Source: Mobula hypostoma (lineage: Eukaryota). From it: 64,000 nucleotides of DNA. Positions 1-12,054 of this stretch are shown one piece after another. How positions within the stretch are numbered: position 1 is the first letter of the stretch; every line of letters starts with the position of its first letter. The DNA is taken from the NCBI RefSeq assembly GCF_963921235.1, contig NC_086097.1:9734001-9798000 (forward strand), in the 5' to 3' direction. The position numbers and the translations under genes were made by a program. The notes beneath the pieces are model-generated. The model had not been told where the DNA came from and did no database searches. It was given only the letters and a program-made list of their open reading frames with translations.

Positions 1-59
1 AGATTGATTGTATGTTCATAAAGTGATGCTAGGCACAGAAGTGTCTTTACATAAGGAGG

Positions 60-650
60 CTGACAGGAAATGGTAAAATAATGGTGTTTGGAGATGTGGA
101 TGTGTGGGTTAGTTGATGGGGGTGTTGATCAGCCTTACTGCCTGTGGAAAGTAACTGCTTTTGAGTCTGGTAGTTCTGGCATGGATGATATATAGTCTTT
201 TCCCTGATGGGAGAGGGACAAACTGTCCACGAGCAGGGTGAAAGGGATCCTTTATGATATTCCTGGCCCTTTACCAGTACCATTCTGTATGTACCTCCTT
301 GATGGCAAGTAGGCTGGCGCTGGTGATGCATTGGGCAATGTTGACTACCTGTTGTAGAGCCTTCCTCTCTGCTGCAGTGATACAGCATGTTATGATTCTC
401 TGTATTGTGTATCTGTAGAAGCTAATAAGTATAGATGTGCATAGTCCAGATCTCCTCAGCCTCCTTGGAAAGTAGTGACATTGGTGATATGGGATATGTT
501 CTAGGACCTTGATAGGTCATAAGAGGACAAGCTGTAGGTGATGGTCACTCATAAGAATTTGAAGATCTCAACCTTCTCAATTTCAGAAGTGTTGATGAAG
601 ACAGGAACATGTGCACAGTCCCCTTTTCTGAGATCAAATGACCAGCTCTT
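60..650 (-). mobile_element. Degenerate Rex1/Babar-type LINE 3' fragment
   Basis: Resembles the RT C-terminal region and 3' end of the better-preserved copies at 8930-9915 and 31325-32110; multiple stops. Confidence 0.5.
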
Positions 651-1047
651 CACAGTTTAAATATCACCTTGCCAGTTGATGATTTAAAAGTATCTTTAAT
701 TCAATATAATGTGGAATTCTCCGAAATATATTAGGCCGTCTTTTAAGAGCATATTTAGTTGACTCATTTTCCTTAAAAAAGGAACCCTGTGAAGTTTCAT
801 GGCTGACGTATATGAGACTTCAGATCCACAGCTGCTTTGCCTCATGACCCCCACATGAAGGGTGAAACAGGATGGGCAGAATATGTTGATGAAGATCACA
901 TTTTTGAATGATTTAAAACATCTAAACATCAAATGAACAGCTGCAAGCATATTAAGGAAGCAAAAATGAGCAAGCTCCAACAATTAGCAATCTAAATTCA
1001 TGACCTATTCCTGACATCCGAGTACACTCCATTCTTGTGCCAAGCTC

Positions 1048-1346
1048 GGGGCAGCACAGTAGCATAGTGGTTAGTGTACTTCATAGTACCAGCGACCTGG
1101 ATTCAATTCCTGTCGCTGATTGTAAGGAGTCAGTACGCTCTCTCTGTGACCATGTGGGTTTCCTCCATGTGCTCTGGTTTCCTGCACAGTCCAAAGACGT
1201 ACTGGTTGGTAGGCTAATTGGTCATTGTGAATTGTCCTGTGATTAGGCAAGGATTAAATCAGGGGAGTTACTGGATGGCACTGCTTGAAGGACCAGTAGG
1301 GCCTGTTCTGCACTGTATCTCAATCAATCAATTAATCAATAAATAA
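1048..1346 (+). mobile_element. tRNA-derived V-SINE (HE1-like)
   Basis: Pol III A-box-like TAGCATAGTGGT (~1060) and B-box-like GGATTCAATTCC (~1099); V-domain-like GTGGGTTTCCTCC..GTGCTCTGGTTTCCTGCACAGTCCAAAGAC; (TCAA)n/AAT tail. Confidence 0.8.
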
Positions 1347-1611
1347 GTAATGCTTGAACATGCTCGGCCTTTCATGCTGTCCTTTAGGGTCAGTAATGAA
1401 TTATACAGGGATTTGTCCCAATGCACTGTGAAGAAGAGAAGTCCTCAGAGAATTGCAAGGCTGTTTTTATTCCAGCCATAGGCATGCACTATATGGGTCA
1501 AAATCTCCTTTCTCATTAGAAAAGATGTCCAGCTTAGACCCTTTCCGATCTTTAGCTATACAGGCTACAGTAGATATTCCGAGATTTAGTGGAATGCACG
1601 ATCTGATTTCA

Positions 1612-1740
1612 CAAGAGATCCTGCAGATACTGGAAATCCAGAACAACACACACAAAATGTTGGAGGAACTCGGCAAGTCAGGCAGCACCGATGGAGGGAA
1701 ACGAACAGTCAATGTTTGGGGCTGATAGCCTTCATCAGGA
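1612..1740 (-). mobile_element. Penelope-like 3' end fragment with decayed hammerhead
   Basis: CTGCAGATACTGGAAAT...GGAGGAACTC..CAGGCAGCA...CTTCATCAGGA matches the PLE 3' end seen at 54207-54345. Confidence 0.7.
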
Positions 1741-2064
1741 TGTATTAAATGTCATCTAGGTTTTGGAGATTTTTGTGCGGAGACTGCTTCCAAATTAGGG
1801 AGACTTTTGTCCCCCAGCTCTTCTCATAATTCCTCAGGCCATTAGAATCGCAGTCTGCTCCACTTTACAAGCAAAATCAACGATCGTATTCCAAAAACAC
1901 CTTTAAATCCAGTGATTACATTTATACCTTAACAAGAAAAGCTTGCAATTATATGGCACATCTTGTAAACTCAATATAATCTAATACCGGAGAGTAGTCA
2001 CTGTTACCATGTATGATGACTCAATTAATACCAAAGAAGTTCCTCTGGGTGAGTACAGTAGGCA

Positions 2065-2210
2065 ATAGTTTAAGGTCTCATTCAAAGTAAAACGACTCTG
2101 ACAGCAAAGCATTCCCTCAATGTTATACCAGATCTTACACTTTTGTGTTTCTGTCTCTAGAACTTGAACCAGCAGCTGTCTGACTCAGAGGTGAAACAAT
2201 TGAGTCATAT
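2065..2210 (-). mobile_element. Ancient DeuSINE-like fragment
   Basis: Weak match to recalled Deu-domain and tRNA-head sequence (CTTGAACC..CTGACTCAGAGG); similar to 43905-44290. Confidence 0.4.
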
Positions 2211-2724
2211 TTGGCAGCGCAGCAATTAAATGTGAAATCTGCTCAAAATATTTCAGCTATTAAATGGGAAAATTTAATTCCCATATTTCTTTCACTGCAT
2301 GGTCATGCTCTGTGTGGTACAGAATAGAGTACATGGATGAATCTTGTCATCTGACAATCAGAATTGTCTTAAAACCAACATTTCTAGAGTGAGGGGGGAC
2401 CGTTAACCATTAGTCATAGAAGGTGGCCGAATTCCTCAAAGACTATTGAGGAACACTATTGAGAGTGTCCTGACCAGCTGCATAACAAATTGGTACTGAA
2501 ATTGCAAGGCATCTGACTGCAAGGCCGAACAAAAGACGAAAAGGATTGTTGAGATGATCATCAGGGTCTTCCTTCTGCCTATCTGAGATAGGTACTGATA
2601 GCACCCTTAGCATTGTCAATGATCGCTCCTATCCACCCAACAATATCTTTGACCCCCACTGCCATCAGGCAGGAGGTACCATAGCATTAGGACAAAGACA
2701 GTTAGGCTGGGAAATTTCTACACT

Positions 2725-3030
2725 TATTTACTAAGCAATATTTTGCGATACAGAGGCTGGAATAGGCCATTCTGGCCCTTTGAGCCATGCCGCCCAGCAA
2801 TCCCCCAGTAAACTTGAAAAACCCTAACCTAATCATGGGACAATATACAATGGCCAAATTAACCTACCCGGAACATATTTGGACTGCAGGAGGAAACCAG
2901 AGCACCCAGAAAAAACACACATATTCCACAGATAGGATGTACAGACTCTGTACAGACGGTGCCAGAATTGAACTCCAAACCCCAGAATACTTCAAGCTGT
3001 AATAGCATCATCCTAAATGCTACCAGGGCA
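2725..3030 (-). mobile_element. V-SINE copy inserted in a Rex1-like 3' fragment (2440-3200)
   Basis: Reverse complement of the V-domain (TTTGGACTGCAGGAGGAAACCAGAGCACCCAG); the flanks join into one LINE tail. Confidence 0.65.
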
Positions 3031-3224
3031 CCCATCTAACAGCTTCTTCCCCCAGGATGTGATACTACTGAACTCCCAGTCAGCACCCAGGTCTCACCAC
3101 ATATAAAGCATCAGTATTGCTATACTGATAACTTTTTAAATTGTGTCAGAAATAGATTTTATTTGTTAATTGATTTGTGGTAATGTTACTACGTGTTCTT
3201 GGTTGAAGTGACAATAAGGACTAT

Positions 3225-5490
3225 TAGACCATAGGCACGAGAGCAAAATTACACCATTCAGTCCATCGAATTCTGCTCTGCTATTCCATCTTGGCTGATC
3301 CTGAATCCCACTCAAGCCCATACACCTGCATTCTTTGATCCTTTGATGCCCTGACTGAGTAGGAAACGATCAACTTCCATCTTAAATATACACACCAACT
3401 TGGCCTCCACTGCAGTCAATGGCAGAACATTCTACAGATTTACCGCCTGGCTAAAAGAGTTCCTCCTTACCTCTGTTCCAAAGGGGCACCCCTCAATTTT
3501 GAGGCTGTGCCCTCTAGTTCTGGATACCCCCACCATAGGAAACATCCTCTCCACATCCACCCTATCTAGTTCTTTCAACATTCAGTAGGTTTCAATGAGA
3601 TCCCCCTGCATTCTTCTAAATTCCAGTGAGTACAGGCCCAAAGCTGCCAAATGTTCCTGTTGACAATACTCCAAGTGTGGCCTGACTAGTTACTTATAAA
3701 GGCTCAGCACTATCTCCTTGCTTTTATATTCTACTCCCTTTGGAATAAATGCCAATATTCCATTTGCCTTCTTTACCACTGACTCAACCTGTAAATTAAC
3801 CTTCTGGGAGTCTCGCATGAGGACTCCTAAGACCCTCTGCACCTCAGATGTCTGAATTTTCACTCCATTTAGATAATAGTCTGCACTTTTGTTCCTTTTA
3901 CCAAGTGTATTATCATTCATTTCCCAACACTGTATTCCATGGGCCACTTTTTGGCCATGTTTACAATGTGCTGTAATTGCTTTGCTTCTTCAGCATTGCC
4001 TACTCCTCTGCCTATCTTCATATCATCCCCAAACTTTGCCACAAAGCAATCAATTCCATTATCTAAATCACTGACAAAAAATTTGAAAAGTAGCGGCCCC
4101 AACATTGACCCCTGAGGAACACCACTAGTCACCGGCAGCCAACCAGAAAAGACCCCTTTATTCCCACTCACTGCTTCCTGCCTGTCAGCCATTCCTCAAT
4201 CCATACCAGTACCTTTTCTGTAACACCATAGGATTTCATCTTGTTAAGCAGCCTCGTGTGGCACCTTATCAAATGCCTTTTGAAAATCCAAGTAAATGAC
4301 ATCCACTGCCTCTCCTTTGTCCACCCTGCTGGTTTCTTTCTCGAAGAACTTCAACAAATTTTTCAGGCAAGATTTTCCATGACAGAAACTATGCCAACTT
4401 TGACTTATTTTATCATTAGTCTTCAAGTACCGCAAAACCTTATCCTTTCCGATGAACTCCAACACTTTCCCAACCACTGTTGTTTGGGTAACTGGCCTAT
4501 AATTTCCTTTCTTTCACCTTCCTCCCTTCTGAAAGAGTGAAACAACATTCATAATCTTTCAGTACTCTGGGATCACGCCAGAATCTAGTGGTTCTTGAAA
4601 GATCATGATCGATGCATCAGTCACATCCTCAGCAACCTCACTTGGGACTCTGGGTCCAAGTGACTTATCCATTTGAGTTAAGATATTTGAGTTTGCCTAG
4701 CACTTTTTCCTTTGTAATAGCGATGGGACTCTCTACCGTTCCCTGACACTCACAGGGCTCTGGCACACTGCTAGTGTCTTCCACATTGAAAACTGATGCA
4801 AAGACGTTATTAAGTTCATTTTTCATTGTCCCCCATTACTACCTCACCAGCATCAATTTTCAGTGGTCCCATATCAATTCTCACCTCCCTTTTACTCTTT
4901 GTACAACTGAAAAAAACATTTAGTATCCTGCTTTATATAATCAGCTAGTTTGCCTTCCTGTTTCACCTTCTCCCTTCTTACAGCTTTTTTAAGTTGTCTT
5001 TTGTTGGATTTTAAAGCTTCCCAATCATCCAACTTCCCACTCACTTCTGCTATCTTATATTCCCTTTCCTTGGCATTTATACAGTCCTTAACTTCTCTTG
5101 TCAGCCAAAGTTGCCTACCCCTACCATTTGTGAACAATTTCTTCTGTGGGACATATCTATCCTGAATCTTGTGAATTATTCCCAGAAACTTCAGCCATCT
5201 CTGTTCTGCCATCATCCCTGCCAGTATCCTCCTCCAATCCACCTGGGGAAGCTCCTCTCTCATGCCTCTTTATTCCATTGCGATATTAATACATGTGACT
5301 ATGCTTCTCCCTCTCAAATTGCAGTATGTATTTGGTCATATTATGATCACTGCCTCCTAAAGGTTCCTTTATGTTATGCTCCCTAATAAGATCTGGGTTA
5401 TGACACAACACCCAATCGAAGATAACCTTTCCCCCAGTAGGCTCAATCACAAGCTGCTCTAAAAAGCTGTCTCATAGGCATTCAACAGAT
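3225..5490 (-). mobile_element. CR1/HER1-like LINE, degenerate ORF2 and 3' UTR
   Basis: Fragments read VDVIYLDFQKAFDKVPH, VTSGVPQGSMLGPLLF and KFGDDMKIG (RT motifs); CR1-type 3' tail at ~3225; many stops and indels. Confidence 0.9.
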
Positions 5491-5559
5491 TTGACAAACT
5501 TGAACTTGAACTTGAGTTTAACTAATAATTACATTTCCCTGGTAATACTCCCTGACTCT

Positions 5560-6045
5560 TCCTCCCTTTCCTTGATGATTGCATTGGTGCTGCTTCTTGC
5601 ACCCATGCTGAGCTCATCAATTTCATTAACTTTGCCTTCACCTGCACCCTGCCCTTAAATTCATTTGGTCCATTTCTGACACTTCTCTCCCCTTTCTCAA
5701 TCTCCCTGTCTCCATTCTTGGAGATAAATTGTTGACCAGCACCTTTTATAAACCTACCGATTCTCACGGATATCTTTAGAATACCTCTTCCCACTTGGTC
5801 TCCAGTAAAAATGCTTTTCCCTTTTCTCAGTTCCTTCATAACCACCACATCTGTTCTAACAATGTGGCAATCCTTTCCAGGACATTGGAGGTAGTCTTCT
5901 TCTTCAAATAATGAGGTTTCCCTAACTCCACCATTGATATTGCCCTCACCCAGATGTGTTCCATTTCCCAGACATCCAAGCTTACCCTTTCTTCCCATTG
6001 TCTTAATAGTGATAGAGTCTGTCTTGTCCTTACTTACCACCCCTG
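5560..6045 (+). mobile_element. Degenerate Penelope-like RT fragment
   Basis: GATGATTGCATTGGTGCTGCTTCTTGCACCCATGCTGAGCTC translates to DDCIGAASCTHAEL, matching YIDDCIGTASCTHAEL in the 51489-53003 ORF; a YKPTDSH motif follows. Confidence 0.8.
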
Positions 6046-6450
6046 GAGTCTTCTGGTGTTTCAGGTCTTTCGACATCAGACAGTCTCGCCAGGTGACACA
6101 GCCAGGGTTGATCTGGCCCTGGATTGTGTACAAGCAGCATTGATCCATGGGTCACACCTCTTGATCCATAGCCACCTGGAGGCTCGTTCAGCAGCCCCTG
6201 TGATGGTTCTAATGGATCTTACCTTTGCACCCCATATAAAAACAAGGTTCTGCTGAGCAAGCAGCCAGCAGAGCCTCTACCCCACCTCTATTGGCTGGTG
6301 TTGTGCCCACCACCCCTCTCTCCAGCACTGCTCCACCAGCTCCTGGTACTTGACTTCCTTACACTCAAACACCTCCTCAATCTGGTCTTCCCAAGTAGCT
6401 CTCAGTTCGCCAAATACCAGCTGCCTCAAGGTTTGTGATACAATGTCTGT
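6045..6450 (-). mobile_element. HERO-like (restriction-like endonuclease) non-LTR retrotransposon 3' fragment
   Basis: Minus strand reads GELRATWEDQIEEVFECKEVKYQELVEQCWREGWWAQHQPIEVG and then AAERASRWLWIKR, as in the HERO RLE C-terminus; paralogous to 38895-39345. Confidence 0.7.
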
Positions 6451-8929
6451 GTTTATTGCTTATTTTAAGCTAATTATTTGGCCCTTTCAAACTTTTTTGT
6501 ACAATATCTAGGGTCTAGGAAAAATTTCAATTATGTAATATCCAATATCTTTTACAGGCACAGTCAAGCAAATGCCAAAATTAGAATGTTGTATTGGCTG
6601 CACGTTGAGAAAGACTACCGCAGATGAGATGCAGTATTGTTTGCTTGACGATATTGTCTTGAGTGATATTTCTCGGTCCACTATTTTAGTTCAAAGTTCA
6701 AAGTAAATTTATTATCAAAGTAGATACTGTATACTTCTCCATATACAACCCTGAGGGTCATTTTCTTGTAGGAATTCACAATTAATACAAAAGAAAAACA
6801 ACAGAATCACTGAAAAGCTTTTCACAACAACATGGAGAAACAACTAATGTGCAAAAGACAGCAAACTGCGCAAATACAAAATGAAATATAATAATAATAA
6901 GTAAATAAAGAATAAATATCAAAGGCATGAGGAAGAATCCTTGAAAGTATTAATTCACTTACAATTACATTAAAGTAGAAAAAGAAAATAATCAGAAATT
7001 CACATTCTGGCTTTATCAAGCCACTAGTAATGGAATTGTGATTCACATCAAAGTGTTAATTATCCAGAGGCAATGCGGAAAAATGCAGACACAAACAAAA
7101 ATCAATCCCACACACTGAAAAAAAACAAGTGCTGCAAAGATCCAAGTATGAAAGAATTAGAGGAAATTAGGGAACAATTTATCCCAAAGTGATTAATGCT
7201 ATCATTAATCTTTGATGGTTTCAGCCAGCTTCCATGATTAAAGGCTAAAAGTTGACCTCCTATTTCCTAATAGGCAAAACATATCACCGGGCATCATTAA
7301 GAGATTTATAGTCGTGGGGTATTTTGTTTCTCCTTTCCATTTGTTCAAATGTTCCATCCTGTTTGGCCTGTACTTTGTATAGAACTATGGTGCCAGAAAG
7401 CTGTGCAGAATGTGCCAAGCTCCAAAAAAACAAATGAGACACTTGGGCAGAGTGGTAAAAATAGTTCATGAGCAGGACTGTCTGAATTTAATCCTCAGTT
7501 TTCCTTTCCTTTTACTGCCCACCCTTTTCATCTCAGCTCCAGGCTCCAGGCCACTCAGTCCAGTCTATCACTTCCTGTTGGAGCCACGTATCTATTTTCT
7601 ATCGGCATTGTATTTTGCGTTCTGCACTTATTATGTTTGTTATGGTTGTTAGACATATGAGTGAGGACATGGTGGAAGCAAAGAGTTTTATTTACGTATT
7701 CATGCTTTTGGCTTTGTAAGCTCAGTTAGAATCTAGAGCGAGGGAGTGAGCTGGGGTGATATCTTTTTCGTTGATCGCTTTAATATGCTTAAAACTGCTT
7801 AATTACATTTAAAATTGCTTAGTTGGCTTAATTATGCTTAATTACTTTGAAGAAAGCTTAAGTATGTTTAAATGTTAAGACTGTTTACTTTGTTATATCA
7901 TGAGTTTTAGATTCATTAGTTTTATAGCTTCAAGATTGTTTGTTTTGCTAGTTTCTTATTAAAGGATCAAATATATTCTTGGAGTCAGATTGTTATTGGA
8001 TTGGATGGAAGATGTGTCCTCCAAGATTCGTCCCCTCCCCCTGTGCTTAGTCCTTATGTGGTGTTGGTTTGTTTGAGTAGCTGCTATACTTGCATCTTGT
8101 ATGGAGAGGGGTTAGAGAGCAATTGGCCGTACTGTCGCTTGAATGCAACGTTAAACCAAATCTCCATTATACCTTCCAAGTGGATGTAGAAGACTCCAAA
8201 CCGTTATCCAATATAAATAAAGACATGTTTTCACTGGCACTTACCCCTCAATCAGCACTGAAAATAAATGATCTGAATTCAACATCCTGATTGGGTCCGC
8301 TGATTTTGAGGAATGATAGATCCTGTTGAAGCATAGCCATTTTGTCAGAAGGCGAGAGAGATAGTCGAGTTAAAATGGCTGGCTGCATTGGAAAGATAGA
8401 TACATTCGATTGCATAACAGTTAACAAAATGAATTGAGCAGTATTTTGATGCAAATGAAATGGCCAATGATAAATGAGTGCCAGTGTTACAATGAGCAAT
8501 AGGTGAAAAAGCATACAGATTGCTTAGACTTAGCTGCTTCAGCAAAACCAGCTGAAATGAGTGTAATGTCATGAATGTAATGCAGGAACAATTAGAACCA
8601 AAACATTGTTGATTGCAGAAAGCTTCATGTTTCATAAGCAGAATTAAAGGGGAGTCCATTTCAGCTTATGTAGCTGAATTGAAGAAATTACCCTAGCATG
8701 TTCAGTGATGGGCTTTATGATGTAGTGAGAGATCACTTAGTTTGTGGAATCTTACAAAAATGTATTAAAAATGGTTCCTAACTGAAGCACTGCTCACATT
8801 TAAAAGAGCAGTTGAAATCACTGTATCAATAGAAACAGGCAAAAAGATACAATTGAGTTACAATCAGGAATGAAAATGAGCACGAGCAAAATTGTAACAT
8901 CTAAACAGAAGTCTGTCTGGCCGAACAAA

Positions 8930-11170
8930 CTGAATTCAATTGTCTTTATTTCTTATAACGTCACATACAAGAGGAGTAAAAATCTTTACGTTATGTCTCC
9001 GTCTGAATGTGCAATGCAGAAATTATAGTAATTTGTAATAAATAGTATGTACAGTAAGATATACAGAACTGTCAATATAGATTAGAAATACAATTGTGTC
9101 AGTGAAATTGATCAGTCTGATGGCCTGGTGGAAGAAGCTGTCCTGGAGCCTATTGCCTCTGGCTTTAATGCTGCGGTACAGTTTCCTGGATGGTAGCAGC
9201 TGGAACAGTTTGTGGTTGTGGTGCCCAATGATCCTTTGGGCACTGTTTACGCATCTGTCACTGTAAATGTCCTGAGTAGTGGGAAGTTCACATCAACAGA
9301 TGCACTGGGCTGTCTGCACCACACTCTACAGAGTCCTGCGATTGAGGGAAGTACAGTTCCCATACCAGGCAGTGATGCAGCCAGTCACAATTCTCTTATT
9401 TATGCCCCTGTAGAAAGTCCTCAGGATTTGTGGACTCATGCCAAACTTCTTCAACCATCTGAGGTGAAAGAGGTGCTTTTGTGCTTTTTTCACCACATAG
9501 CTGGTATGTACAGTCCAAGTGACATCCTTGGTGGTGTGTATACCGAGAAACTTGAAGCTGTTCACCATCTCAACTCCAGATCCATTGATGTCAATAGGGG
9601 TGAGCTTGTCTCTGTTCCTCATGTAGTCTACAACCAGCTCCTTTATTTTTGCAATATTGAGGGAAAGGTTGTTTTCTTGACACCACTGTGTCAGGGTGAT
9701 GACTTGTTCTCTGTAAGCTGTCTCATCATTATTTGAAATAAGGCAAATCAATGTAGTATCATCTGCAAATTCAATTAGCAGTTTGGAGCTGTGGGTGGTG
9801 ACACAGTCATGGGTGTACAGAAAGTAAAATAGTGGGTTTATGACACAGCATTGGGGGCTCCTGTGTTGGGGGGCAGAGGGGCAGAGGTGAGGGAGCCCAC
9901 TCTTAATACTCCCTCATATTAATGATTTAGATGAGCAATTAAAAGTAGCTGGGTGGCATTGTGAAATGTGAGGAGGATGTTATAAGAATGCAAGGTGATT
10001 TAGACAGGCTGGGTGAGTGGGCAGATGCACGGCAGATGCAGTTTAATGTGGATAAATGTGAGGTTATCCACTTTGCTGGTAAGAACAGGAAGGCAGAATA
10101 TTATCTCACTGGAGTCAAGTTTGGAAAAGAGGAAGTACAACGAGATCTAGGTGATCTTGTACATCAGTCACTGAAAGCAAGCATGCAAGTACAGCAGGCA
10201 GTGAAGAAAGCTAATGGGCATGCTGGCCTTCATAACAAGGGGAATTGAGTGTAAGACCAAAGAGGTCCTTCTGCAACTGTACAGGGCCCTGGTGAGACCA
10301 CACCTGGAGTACTGTGTGCAGTTTTGGTCTCCAAATTTGAGGAAGGACATTCTTGCTATTGAGGGAGTGCAGCATAGGTTCACAAGGTTAATTCCCGGGA
10401 TGGCGGGACTGTCATATGTTGAAAGATTGGAGTGACTGGGCTTGTATACTCTGGAATTTAGAAGGCTGAGAGGGGATCTTATCGAAACATATAAGATTAT
10501 TAAGGGATTGGACACGTTGGATGCAGGAAGCATGTTCCCGCTGATGGGTGAGTCCAGAACCAGAGGCCACAGATTAAGAATAAGGGGCAGGCCATTTAGA
10601 ACTGAGTTGAGGAAAATTTTTTTTCACCCAGAGAGTGGTGGATATATGGAATGCTCTGCCCCAGAAGGCAGTGGAGGCCAAGTCTCTGGATGCTTTCAAG
10701 AAAGAGATGGATAGAGCTCTTAAAGATAGCGGAATCAAAGATTATGGGGATAAGGCAGGAACTGGATACTGATTGTGGATGATCAGCCATGATCACAGTG
10801 AATGGCGGTGCTGGCTCAAAGGACCGAATGGCCTACTCCAGCACCTATTGTCTATTGTCTCCACAAAGCATAAAATGTTACATTCCTTCATTTCCCGCTG
10901 GAAGGAAATTCTGGCTCTCAGTTCGCACAGCTTGTTGCCCTGGGACTGAAGGCTAGCCGGGAGTATGCTAGGGAGCAGTGGCCGATTAGCACACCATCTC
11001 AACCTCACAGGGACGCTGGCCCTTCTCCCCCGCCTCCAGTGCTGCATTCGATGTAGCAACCATGTAATAAATGAGCCTTCCATGGATGGTGTAAGCAGGG
11101 GTTCCCAGTGTTGAAAAGGTGGCATATTGTGGGTAAATGCCATCTTCTCGATGTTCGGAAGAGTCAGTCG
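8930..11170 (-). mobile_element. Rex1/Babar LINE, internally deleted and interrupted by CR1 at 9915-10860
   Basis: ORF 9326..9751 ETAYREQVITLTQWCQENNLSLNIAKIKELVVDY (RT C-terminus); ORF 10793..11143 LPSILPASLQSQGNKLCELRARISFQREMKECNILCFVET (APE endonuclease N-terminus). Confidence 0.8.
9915..10860 (+). mobile_element. 5'-truncated CR1 LINE
   Basis: MQFNVDKCEVIHF, LYRALVRPHLEYCVQFWSP, LEFRRLRGDLIETYKI; (CTATTGT)n tail at ~10845-10860. Confidence 0.92.
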
Positions 11171-11323
11171 ATAATATCCGATGTGACTGTCAGCTTTGTG
11201 TTACTGTTGAGGTGGGGGCTCACATACACCAGACCGATACAGGTTTAAAAGCAAAACTTGCAGAAAGTGCAGAAAGTAGCTTACATACTCTTACCTACAA
11301 AAAACATACACATACGAAGATCT

Positions 11324-11469
11324 CACACAACAGTTGCTGGTGAACGCAGCAGGCCAGGCAGCATCTATAAGAAGAGGTACAGTCGACGTTTTGGGCCAAG
11401 ACCCCTCGTCAGGACTAACTGATAGAAACTTGAAATTCCAGCATCTGCAGATTTCCTTATGTTTGTTGT
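11324..11469. mobile_element. Penelope-derived mini-foldback insertion with 14-bp TSD
   Basis: Minus-strand PLE 3' segment with hammerhead at 11381-11416 (GAAA decayed to AAAA), then an inverted terminal segment; ACATACGAAGATCT (11310-11323) vs ACATACAAAGATCT (11470-11483). Confidence 0.8.
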
Positions 11470-12054
11470 ACATACAAAGATCTTATTGGGCAGACAAGTA
11501 TAAATTGACTGCACAGGGAAGAGAAAAAGAGAAAAAATTAAGTTGCATATAAATTCTTCTCGGGCTTCTAGATGGGTCCAGCATATTGATTTTAACTGAC
11601 ATTTCGATGACAAACTCTACCATCAGGGATGAAGATAGCAGAGTTTATAATCAAAACATGTGTTACAATCGAAGATTATGGGCTCAGAACATGACACAAG
11701 AAGTGTGATTGCTTTAAACCAAGCATCACTTGCTGTGGTCACACCATTAACGCACAAGATTACACACAAGTGTTCTGAGAAAATTCAAGCAGTGTTGGAT
11801 GCCCCGACACCAATGGAAATGTCACAGTTCCAGCCCTTTTTAGGATTTGCCAACTACTATACTCTAACAGGTTCTGCCAAACCTGGCTATTCTGCTACAC
11901 CCTTTGGCCTCATTACTACAGATCAGGAAGAATTGGCAATGGACAAAGCAGTGTGAGGCGGCTTTCAAAACGGTAAAGAAAATGGTGACATCAGACACTG
12001 TACTCACAGATTATGATCCACATTGTCCAGTGAAGCTTACCTGTGCTGCCTCAA

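Noticed and set aside
5522..6148. 208-aa minus-strand ORF
   Set aside because: Antisense to a degenerate PLE RT and running into a HERO-like UTR.
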